DNA of 64,000 bases, taken from NCBI GenBank assembly GCA_965153355.1, contig OZ231126.1, forward strand, positions 28,644,001 through 28,708,000. The letters run 5' to 3'. Shown here piece by piece: positions 54,161 through 64,000 of this stretch. Both the position numbers and the translations under genes were made by a program. The notes beneath the pieces were generated by a model. It was not told the origin of the DNA and did no database searches. It was given only the letters and a program-made list of their open reading frames with translations. Each line of letters begins with the position of its first letter. Position 1 is the first letter of the stretch. Source of the DNA: Flaccisagitta enflata. Its lineage: Eukaryota.

Positions 54161-57100
54161 TTACAACGGAATGGGTGGCGGTTTTAACGAGCTAATTTGT
54201 GTGGTATTGGGAGGCGCCAATGAAACCGAGGAGTTGGACGCCATCACAGATGCTTGGGACGCGTTTTCAAAAAAAATCATTAAGTCCTGAGCGTCTTCTT
54301 CATATTTGGTCGCCGCCGATTTCTTCCCACCTCTTCCCCCCCTCGCCGACTTCCCTCCCCGCTTCCTTCCCCCCTCCCCCACCGCTGATTTCGCCGACGA
54401 TTTATTCGGAGTCGCAGTGGTCCCATGGGGTTTAGCAGTCGAAGTCGCCTTGTTTGGTGTTCTGGGTTTGGGAGGCCGACCCGCCAACTTCTTCTTTGCT
54501 TGTTTTGTGTCCTTTCCCGCATCACCCTCCTCATCGTCGTCATCCTCCACCACCTTAGCGGACAATCTTTTTTCTCGGGTAGAAAGACGAAACGATGCGC
54601 GTCTTTCATGGTCGTCGGCGAACCGGTATCCCGCGTCTGATTCCACCTCGTCGTCCATATCGTCTCCAACGCTGGGACGGCAAGAAGAAACGCTGGAAGT
54701 GCGAGAAGAGACGCTGGAAGAGCGAGAAGAACCGTTGGAACGCCGGGTCAACAACGTTGAGCCATCGTCGTCAACGAGAGGAATTTCCACCATGTCTGTA
54801 CCTAACGACAATGGTGAAACATTGATTAATACATTTTGTTTTTGTTTTGGTATTACATGGTGGACACAATAGTTTGTAGTCGTGCAAAATCTAATTAATG
54901 TTTTTATTTATCTTATCCGCGACTGAGGGAAGTTTGGGCAATACAATTTTTATATTGGGCACGACAACCATTCCATCGCACGCGTCATGTTCAATACAAC
55001 CATTGTATTGCGCAAGTCGTGCTGATTTAGACGATAGAATTGCACGAGTCGTGCTAAATACAACCATTGTATTGCGCAAGTCTTTCTGAGTAAAACGATA
55101 GTATTGCACGAGTGAATCAGCACGTCCATAACATGAACGTCTGATTAATAATTCTAACAATATAATTAGTAATTAATAATACTTAATAATTCATAATTCA
55201 TAATTCATAGTTCATAATTCATAATTCATAATTCATTATATTATCTTTATTGATACTGTCCTTGTTAGAATTATAAATTTTTAATGATTAATTATTACTT
55301 CTTAATTATCAATTATTAATTATTAATTATTAAATATTAATTATTAATATTAATTCTAAAATTTTAATTAGTAATTATTAATTATAAGTTGTTAATTGAT
55401 TATTAATTACTAAATTATCAATCATTAATTATTAGTTATTAATTATAAATTATTAATTATCAATTCTTAATTCTTTATTGTTGATTGATTAATTAATTAA
55501 TTATTGATTATGAATTATTAATTAATCAATAAACAACTAATAATTAAGAATTGATAATTAATAAGTAATAATTATTAATAAAAAATTAATAATTCTAACA
55601 ATGACAGTATCAATAATGATAATATTAATACTAGTAATAATAATACTTTTATTTACATGAGTAATGAGAGGCAAATGAGCACACCTGCTGCGTTCACAGG
55701 ATTTGTGAAATCCGGAAGCGGAGAGCAGGATCGCGAATTCTGAGGACGCGGAGGCGTAAGCGCAGGAGGAGTAGGCGCAGCAGACGTTGAAAGCGCAGGA
55801 AGCATAGGGTTAGGCGTAGGCGCAGGAGGTGTAGAAGGCGCATTATGTGGCGGCTGCGGAGTAAGAGATTCTGGTGGCTGAGTTTCAGTCGGGGAAGCCG
55901 TAGATGGCGGTGAGGAAGCGCGCGATGAATTGCGTGATGAGTTCAAGCTTAACAGCAGATTTGCGCTTGAGACATCTTGATTCGACAGATGCAACCTCGC
56001 CGGCCTCGACACCGCCTCACCCAACGGGACCGTAATTTGTAAGCCGTGATGATGTTCGGCGAAATGGGTTTGTAAAGCGGCGGCGTTGTCAAAATCGATG
56101 AGACATTTGTCACAACGGGCCTTTGACTGCCAATTTCCATTTTCGTCCAGTGCATTGGGGCCCATATTCGCCACGTCATGCGTAAGGGTCTCCACCTCTC
56201 TGTCATTGTCCTCGTCATTTCCTACGGTCGAGTTGTTTCCAGCGTTGCTACCACCGGAGGCACCCGCATCACCACCCGAATTTGACGCGGTAGAGGAGTC
56301 GTCGTCATTTCCTACGGGCGAGGTGGTTGCAGCGTTGCTACCACCCGAAGCACCCGAAGCACGAGGCGAAGTCGATGCGGTAGAGGAGTTTGGATCTATG
56401 TCGTCCGGGACTGATCTTAAAGAGTCATTGTCCTCGACGAAATTTTTTACGGGCGAGTTGTTTGCAGCGTTGGTACCACCGGAAGCATCGGAAGCGCCAT
56501 CTGAATTTGATGCGGTAGAGGTGTTTTGATCCATGGCACTGGGGACGTGGGTCCCAGCCGAAGTCGAAGTCGACGCGGTGGAGGTGTTTGGCTGAGTGAC
56601 GCTCGGGACGTTGCCACCACCTGTAGTTCCACCCGAAGTAGACGCAATAGAACCCGTCGTTGATAATGCTTGTCTCTGCACCGAGTCCACAATGAGGCGA
56701 GCTGTAGAACAGTGAGAAACATTTATATAAGAAATAACGAGTACAATTTTGTTTTTGTTAAAAACCGAGTTTGTAAGAACACCAAGGCTTTGAATCGCCC
56801 AAAAATTATGAACATCTTAAGAACATACAAAGGCTTAAAATCTTTAACCAAATTTGTGGGTAATGGTGATATTTAAAGAATCCTATGAAAACAGATGACT
56901 TGCATTATAATTTAGGTTAATATTACATATGTTGTACTAACATTGATCTAATATGCATATTGTCATTTTATGATGACTGGTCTTGTGTAACTTATTTGAT
57001 TAGAAAGACTATGAGTTTCTATTTACAATACAATGATAACTGCAACGTTTATATTGTGGAGTAATAAACGTAAATCTTTGTTTCATGGAAAACTTCACAA

Positions 57101-59291
57101 CATGCTCATGTATTTCATCTAGCCAACGGTTGAAAACTGCATAGTGATGATTAAAGTAATGAAAAAAAGAATTAACTCTGGAATTCGTCGCTTTCTACCT
57201 TTTCGCAATTTCGACATATGTGCGGAGGTGGAAGCCGGTGTGGGCTTTATTTTTCCAGTTAAACAATGTATATCACTGGGAATTTGTGTGGCATTGGGAG
57301 GCGCCAATGAAACCGAGGAGTTGGACTATTCAATAAAAATAAATTTGTTTGGAGTTAATAATAGTAATTTAAAAGGTTACTTATACTGAATAAAGCATAT
57401 AGAATAAAGAACGTGCTAAGAACGTTTAAAACTTCATTTGCTCTAAAACATGATAACATAAAGCCTTAGAAAAAAAAAACATTGTTATAATACTCCAAAA
57501 ATAAAGCGACATTTAACGCATATGGTGTCGTTGGAATCTCCCCATCTGGATTGACAAACTAACCTAGGACTGCTTTCTGACGTTCATGAGGCGGCATGGA
57601 TTTCACTGTGCCATCTTTTTCGTGATAGATGACGCTGGTTGAGGGCACACGCAACTCGCGTTGTTTTCGGGTGACGGACTCGGGGGTGTCATTCCGATTG
57701 TCGGACAGGCCGAAGAGAACGTTGTTTGTCACGAGAAACGCGTCGAAATCCTCAAGCCACAATTTCTGTTAAGGGCAAAGGGCAAATACAAACACATTAA
57801 AGAAAAAAGATATTTTAGATGTTTGTGTTTGTAAAAAGAATCCCTTTAACTAAACCCGGGCTAACAGAGAAAGACAAATACACTTTCAGTTTCTAAATGA
57901 CCTAGTTCATAAGAACATCGTGGCAAATAGAGAGCCAGACTGACAAACAGGCAGACAGAGACACAGACACAGACAAACACCGAAACGGAGAAACGGGTCA
58001 AACACAGTCACGTACACCCTCATTTACATATACTTGCGCGAATCAAAACAAGGATTTACGTGGACCCACCTGACAACTTGCGATATAGTGACCAATTAAC
58101 CGCGCCGGTTTCCCAGCAGGAAGAATCACGAACAAGGCCGGTTCATTATGGGGGAGGTATCCAGCCGCCCACATTAAAACGTAGCCGTTAAACATGAAGT
58201 GAGATTGAACGCTGGGATCAGGTATCGGAAAAGTGGCAAGGTCTGTGGGAAAAAGAGAAATAAAACATGTAAAATAAGTTTTATTTTACTAGTAGCTATA
58301 TTTCTTGAATCGATTGTAAACTTGATTGTTCCCCAATTAGGAAGAACATGTCTTTCAACATGTCTTCCTAGGAACAACCTTAAAATAGAACATGATGAAC
58401 ATGTTTTCTTCCGGCAATGGTCACTTCAAAAAATATAGGAATTAACGAATGACGACTTAAAAGTATTTTCTTCGTCATTCTTAACTACTATTCAGCTGAA
58501 AATGGTTTAACAATTACAACAAACTAATAGTTTTTCCTATGATTCCATTTTCTCCCTTTCACAATCAATTAAAAAAAAATTATATTGACTCATGGACAAA
58601 GGGCTTTGATTAGTCACCGCAACATTTTCCTTTGATTTACACTGCGATATGCAAATTCTTTTACTACGTTTTTAAAACGGTATAAGTAATTGCCTTGACC
58701 TTTACAAACGGGTTGAACTCTTGAAAAGGCACTTTTTATTGCTAAGAAGAAACAGAAACCGGTTTAATGAGACCAAATTATATTAGCTAAAGTTTTAAAA
58801 GTGTTACACATCGAATTATGCATTGTTAATAAACAAAGTTTCGAGTAATATGGATGGCCAACTGTTATCTTATGATGTCCGTTTGCCGATTACATCTCGA
58901 TTACATCATCCCAAAAGCTATTGAGTGGCTTCAAGGCCAAAAATGAGTTCTTATATAAGACAAAGTATAAGCCTTGTAGCACTCACCGTAGTCTTTGTCA
59001 AATGGCTCCATGGTTTGGTAGACGACAACTTTGTGACGGCTACGTGAATCTTTCTCGACGGCTTCCCGACGGCTTCGCGTTGAGAAGATTTGTTGCAGCT
59101 TCGCGACTTTTTGCTTTATGTGAACAGCGCAGTTTTTAAAAAGCGACGTAAAATCTTTCGTAATCTGTCGATAAAAAAGAGGTTATTACATTTGGGCAGC
59201 GTTTTCCCCGGGCGCGTATAAAAAAAAAAGCGTATCCAATTTTTTTTTTTCGTACGTCGATGTTCAGCCTCTTCCTGATCCTCTTCCTCAT
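54161..59291 (-). CDS. Element gene A: ~748-aa low-complexity protein with one C2H2 zinc finger and an AT-hook-like/RGG basic region
   Basis: Frame-consistent GT-AG exons 59291-59256 (uncertain), 59164-58987, 58242-58070, 57765-57564, 56701-55685 and 54801-54161. Contains CDKCLIDFDNAAALQTHFAEHH, LAGRPPKPR, GRKRGGKSARGGRGG, repeated SSTASNS/ASGGSNA peptides and a Pro-rich tract. The start codon is uncertain; an alternative is accATGG (MEPFDKDY) near 59011. Confidence 0.65.
55150..55650. repeat. Extremely AT-rich, partly palindromic intron segment in gene A
   Basis: TTATTGATACTGTC(C/A)TTGTTAGAATTAT at ~55247 is inverted at ~55589-55616. An inner inverted pair TAATTATCAATTCTTAAT / ATTAAGAATTGATAATTA spans 55454-55560. 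Confidence 0.7.
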
Positions 59292-59540
59292 CCTCTTCCT
59301 CTTCCTCCTCCTCTTCCTCTTCCTCTTTTTTTTTCCTTTTTCTGAATCTGCGATCGCGACTGAGGGTAAAGTAACAAAAGAGCAATATAATGTTTCACCC
59401 ACGGAGGGCGTCTTTCCTTGATTGCAGCGAAGCGAGAAACAAAAGAACAAAATCGGACTCTATTTCTGCGCAAAATACAATTTTTGAACAAGCTTGAAAC
59501 TTTACGAAAATCTGGTTTTTTTTTCGTTTTGCTTGAAAAA

Positions 59541-59825
59541 GTTAGAGTCCCCTAAATACAAAAATTATATTGTTCATGGACTCTAATTTTTTTTTTGGTG
59601 GTCTGGAAAATTTTAGAGTCTGTAATTACAATAATTATACTGTTCCTGGACTTTAACTTTCTGTTTTCGAGGGCCGAAAAATTTTAGAGTCTCGTAAATA
59701 CAATTATTAAACCGTTTTTTGACTCTAATTTTTTTTCGCGATGGCCGAAAAAGTTTAGAGTCTTTTAAATACAATAATTATACTGTCTATGGACTCGAAA
59801 ATTGCCTTTTTTTGGCAGAGTCCAA
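59541..59825. repeat. Subterminal array of four 71-bp units, each AGAGTC-N~29-GACTC(T) around a TACAATAATTATA-like core
   Basis: AGAGTC starts at 59544, 59615, 59686 and 59757 (exact 71-bp period), each followed 34-35 nt later by GACT(C/T). A partial fifth half-site lies at 59817. Confidence 0.8.
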
Positions 59826-60002
59826 ATTTTTTAATAATTGTATTTTTGTTTAAATAATTGTACAGCAAAGAGACTCGGTTTCTCGGTCATCTTCCCGATA
59901 CATTTTTTGTTTTTTTTGCATTTTTTCGGGGGAATCAGTACAATTATTGCAATTGCTATCCAATTCGTTGTATTTGCTGTACAATTTGTTGTATTTGCTG
60001 TA

Positions 60003-60094
60003 CAATTTGTTGTATTAGCTGAAATACAATAACGTCCGTTCAAATACAACAGACGATATTTATTTATTGTATATCGTCCTTTTTTTTTTGAGTG
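60003..60094 (-). repeat. Right TIR of the giant element
   Basis: Inverted copy of 35184-35275. It is preceded by tandem 21-bp TGTACAATTTGTTGTATTTGC-like units (59960-60015). Confidence 0.9.
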
Positions 60095-60253
60095 TAAATA
60101 ACGGGCATGCATTTAGCGGTAAATCGCCAATATCGGTCAAATATTTTATGCCAAAATGACCCTAAACTCTTTGATAAGGGCAAACATACTGAAGCCCACC
60201 AACAGAGAGAGAGAAAAAAAGGGAGAGAGAGAGATAAAGGGAGAGAGAGAAAT

Positions 60254-60330
<77 letters not shown>

Positions 60331-60542
60331 AAGAGAGAGAAAGAGAAAGAGAGAGAAGAAAGAGAGAGAAGAAATTTATGAGTTATGAGTTACTATAGCA
60401 TGAAAAAACTTTTTCTTAAATACAGCATGACAAATCATAAAACTCATTGGATTTGATACACAAGTCTGGATAAGGGTCAAGAGCGTTAGTTTGAACTGGT
60501 TTTCCCTTTACAACAACCATTTGATTAGTGCACACCTCTTTT

Positions 60543-60792
60543 TAGTCGCGTGCTACGCGACTCTACACCCCGCTTTGTCGGTCCGTCGGTCCGTCGGTCC
60601 GTCGGTCCGTCGGTCCGTCGGTCCGTCGGTCCGTCGGTCCGTCGGTCCGTCGGTCCGTCCGTCCGTCACACTTTACTTTTTTGGCGTTAATGGGGTTTTT
60701 GGCCTTACTGCTCCTGCCCAAATGCTCCGTTGACCTCAATTATGGCCCCTGCCCACCCGCACGCGACTGGGGTAGCCGTGTATCCGGCCTTG
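60543..60792 (+). mobile_element. HINE/DINE-1-like short element, TAGTCGCG...GTATCCGGCCTTG family
   Basis: T-rich flanks, 5' palindrome AGTCGCGTGCTACGCGACT, (GTCC/GTCG)n tract and 3' GCCGTGTATCCGGCCTTGTT. Copies at ~5102-5243, 16758-16911, 17222-17357, 25608-25750, 27968-28128, 30885-31080 and 35644-35812. Confidence 0.65.
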
Positions 60793-61594
60793 TTAACTCT
60801 AATTTTCCATCAAACTGTCTCTGTCAGTCTGTCCTTCTGTCTTCCCATTTTGCTGTCAGTTTTTTTTTTCTCAAGATACAATCTCAGCATCAGACTTTTT
60901 AGCTTTAAGTTGGTTTTTCAATCAGAGGCATTGCAAAAAATCTGCTTCAATCTTATTTTTTTCACAATTCAAAAATGTCACTGACAATTTCTTTCCTCAC
61001 TTTTCTTCCCTCGAGGCACATCTTCTGAACCCACTATCATGCAATTTTTAGCTTGTGTACAAATGTGGGGTATAAATTTAGTGTGCCATATATTTGTTTG
61101 TCTATAATGTTTTGAGCCATTCTGCATACATTTTATAAATCATCTAAATCATTTATACTTATTGATAAAAAAAAAGAAAGAAAAAACATTCAATTACCAA
61201 TTAAATTTGGAAGTAGTGGATGCTATGGTAAAAAAAATCAGTTAGCCAAATAGCATTTCATGATAACGGTGCCCTGTGATAAAGGCCAAATTTGAAGGGT
61301 CCCCATGGGGCCGTTATCAAGGGGCAGGGCTGTATTCGAGAGAAACAGGGTTTTCATTTTCTTATTAGGAAGTTGAGCATCTCCATCGACCGATTGCACC
61401 CTCAAACAAAATTCATCGGATAAGTTAATTTGAAAATTTTCTTTCATTTGGCGCCATGCAGAATGCTCTACGACAAATATTTTTCGCACTATGATTTTTT
61501 AAAAATTTATTTACAAAAAATTCGAATGAAATTTTTTCCGATTTTTTATGATTTTGTGTAGGATCAATAAAAGAGTGTATTTACGTTTACTTGA

Positions 61595-62050
61595 GCTAGC
61601 AAATAAAAAAAAACATGTTTATGAGCACAGCTGCTCATCTGTGAAGGCGTTTTTGAGCATTTTAGCTCATTTAGCTCACTAAGCTCAGTCTATCCTTTCT
61701 GATCTCAAATGGGATAAATGAATAAATATTTTCATACTTATTTAACCAAGCAAATAAAAAAAACATGTCAGTGAGCAGAGCTGCTCATCTGTGAGAGTGT
61801 TTGTAAGTATTCTAGCTCATTTAGCTCATTTAGCTTGCTCTTTTTCTTTGATTTTAAATAGGATAAATAAATTAATGTTTTGATTTAAGCGTGCAAATAC
61901 AAGAAAGCATGTCTGTGAGCAAAGCTGGTTATCTGGTTGAATTTTTTTGAATATTTTAGCTCATCTAGCTCATTTGGCTCAGTCCTATTTTTCTCTGATT
62001 TTCAGTGCAATCAATACATACAATTGCTTTTGATTTAATCGAACAAATAA
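61595..62050. repeat. Three ~150-bp degenerate tandem units with GCTCAT/AGCTCA motifs
   Basis: AAATAAAAAAAACATGT..TGAGCA.AGCTG(C/G)T.ATCTG..TAGCTCAT.TAGCTCA recurs at ~61600, ~61750 and ~61895. Confidence 0.65.
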
Positions 62051-62261
62051 AAAAAATTTCAGTGACTTAAGACAAAAGCATGGTGAAAAGTGACCAATGC
62101 TTACTACTTTTTTCCTCACGGCGACAGCCGCCACTACTGGTATATTATCAGGTTTCTTATAGTTTATATAGTAATTCAATTTAAGAACGCTCTAAGAATG
62201 TTGAAGGCTTCATTTAGCTTCGAAAATAAGAACATGAAGCCTTCAAAAAAAAAAAGTGTAG

Positions 62262-62327
<66 letters not shown>

Positions 62328-62353
62328 TCATCATCATCATCATCAAAATCATT

Positions 62354-62455
<102 letters not shown>

Positions 62456-64000
62456 TCATCATCATCAATTCATCAACATGGTAGGTAGCTGTAGCTGTAG
62501 CTGTATCCGGCCTTGTTTTTCTTAGAATTATAATAATCATTAAGAATCGCATGCACGCGACTAAGACTGAAGAATATATATCGTTTGAGGACATGCCGTA
62601 GGCTGAAGGCAACACGACTTCAGACTTCAATGGATGCTTCCAACGAACATCCAAAGAATGCCAATTTTAAAAAAGATTTAGGGGTTTCGATCATACAAAT
62701 CTATGACCGTTTTGTTTTATGGATTTGATGGTATTTGACGATAATCCATCTGTTTGCAAGCGCCCTATAGTTGATGCGGAAATCCACTGACTAAGATGAT
62801 GATCATTGCTGCTTAAACGGTGTTCTTGTTCGATGAACTTGTTCTTGTTTGTTAAACTGTCATGTCACGCGACAGATGTCAGCATAAAGCTGATTAAAAA
62901 CGAAGACCTCTCAAATGGAAAAAAAACGTTTAGTGAAGACGAGAAGATTTTTAATGAACCTGTGTGTCTCTCTCCTCCCTAACGTGCCCACTTTGATATG
63001 TTTCACATTTCTTCGCGACTGTTTACTTGTCATGGGTGTTTAAATAGATGTTGTTGAAATTCAAAATTCAATTCTTGTTCGATAATACGGTAGGATGCGT
63101 GGTGCACTAAATCAAAGTCAGTCCGTTGGTCTCTCCGTCGGTTGGTGGGTCGGTCGGTCGGTTGGTCACACTTAGCTTTTTAAACGTCCACGAGCATTTT
63201 TTGCATCAGCGCCCCTGCAATTCGATGGGGGCATCAAACATTCCTCTGACAGATATCTTTAACTTATTGAAGCACTCTAATGACGGCAAGTGGGTGATGA
63301 CAACGATCTTCCAAACTTTTTGCTTGATGAATAAGTAAAATTGTTTAGATCTTTTTTCTTGTAGAATTATCTGTAACTCAGCGATGATAAACATATGAAT
63401 CCCATGCAGACCCACGCCTCCCGGGGAACAAAGCCTAGGTAGAAACATCAACAAGTCGCGTGCAAGACATAAATAATTGAATTGATCAGCAAACCAGAGG
63501 GATTGTATTGGGTAATGGGTATTGGTATTTGGTTTACAATAGTTTTTTGTAATGGTAGGCATCCAATAAAGCGAGAATTCCGGGATCTAGGGCACATGGG
63601 GGGGTCTTAACTTTCAGTTTAGACGTCAATTTTACCTTTTCATATCGAAAATCGCCAAGCGCCTGAGCCTTTTTTAAATTAGTTATTATCTATAAGGTTA
63701 ATGTCATATTTTCATTTTTAGGAGATGGCGAAAAGGACCAATTTCAAAATTGAGAAAATTTGACAAAAACATTCATAATCAGATAGCTTACGGCAATATG
63801 AACATAGTTCAAAAATTGAATTTTGTTATCAATCCTCGATTTTTATGTAAATTAGGCTGAAATACGACAAATAATGATCGAAAATAAGCAAAAATTGAGT
63901 TGTTGTAGTCAGCAAAACCAAAAAAATGTGAATATTTTACTAAATCACAGTTAGAGAACTCAGACCCGATTCTGCTGAAAAAAATTGAGATTTCAATTTT

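Larger units (their letters stand above)
35184..60094 (-). mobile_element. Giant (24,911 bp) CMC/EnSpm (CACTA-like) DNA transposon carrying five predicted genes
   Basis: Left end cc-TA|CACTCAAAAAAA (35184), right end TTTTTTTGAGTG|TA (60094). The ~50-nt core ATACAATAAATAAATATCGTCTGTTGTATTTGAACGGACGTTATTGTATTT is inverted at both ends. Flanking TA fits a 2-bp TSD as in animal EnSpm/Mirage. Subterminal repeats are present at both ends and an EnSpm-type transposase lies inside. Confidence 0.9.

Noticed and set aside
54306-56529. Plus-strand ORFs 54306-54872 and 56086-56529 (also 49776-50350)
   Set aside because: Antisense shadows of GC-rich minus-strand exons, with no splice or motif support.
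59541-59825. CRISPR-like array of regularly spaced, partly palindromic repeats
   Set aside because: The whole 71-bp unit is similar between copies, so there are no unique spacers. There are no cas genes and the context is eukaryotic; it is better explained as CACTA subterminal repeats.
35184-60094. Polinton/Maverick or endogenous virus, suggested by size and TIRs
   Set aside because: I recognised no protein-primed DNA polymerase, retroviral-like integrase, packaging ATPase or capsid. The termini are CAC...GTG with a 2-bp flank rather than a 6-bp TSD, and the genes are intron-rich.
63206-63562. 118-aa minus-strand ORF
   Set aside because: No recognisable motif or convincing splice context, so I cannot support it as a gene.

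Overview
Repeat-rich eukaryotic (probably invertebrate animal) genomic DNA; nothing here looks prokaryotic. The main feature is a 24.9-kb DNA transposon at 35184-60094. It has 5'-CACTC...GAGTG-3' termini, ~90-bp imperfect terminal inverted repeats (TIRs), TA on both flanks and subterminal repeat arrays, which places it in the CMC (EnSpm/CACTA-Mirage-Chapaev) superfamily. By reading GT-AG splice sites by hand I reconstructed five closely spaced, intron-containing minus-strand genes inside it: (A) a ~748-aa C2H2/AT-hook-like low-complexity protein; (T) an intact EnSpm-type DDE transposase; (B) a 16-exon ~1272-aa accessory protein whose first exon is broken by a MITE; (C) a ~142-aa Ser/Lys-rich protein; (D) a 162-aa RING + B-box (TRIM-like) putative E3 ligase. 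Just upstream of the large transposase exon, probably inside its intron, lies a ~525-bp inverted, collinear patchwork of about eight pieces of the transposase coding sequence. This could fold the pre-mRNA into a long hairpin and act as a built-in silencing or regulatory module. Outside the element are a ~4.2-kb foldback, many Helentron-like (HINE/DINE-1-like) short elements, hAT, Tc1/mariner and Chapaev-like MITEs (several nested), satellites and microsatellites. There are also a LINE fragment, an ankyrin-repeat first exon and a GPCR terminal exon. All gene models are manual predictions without transcript support, and family assignments come from remembered motifs, not database searches.
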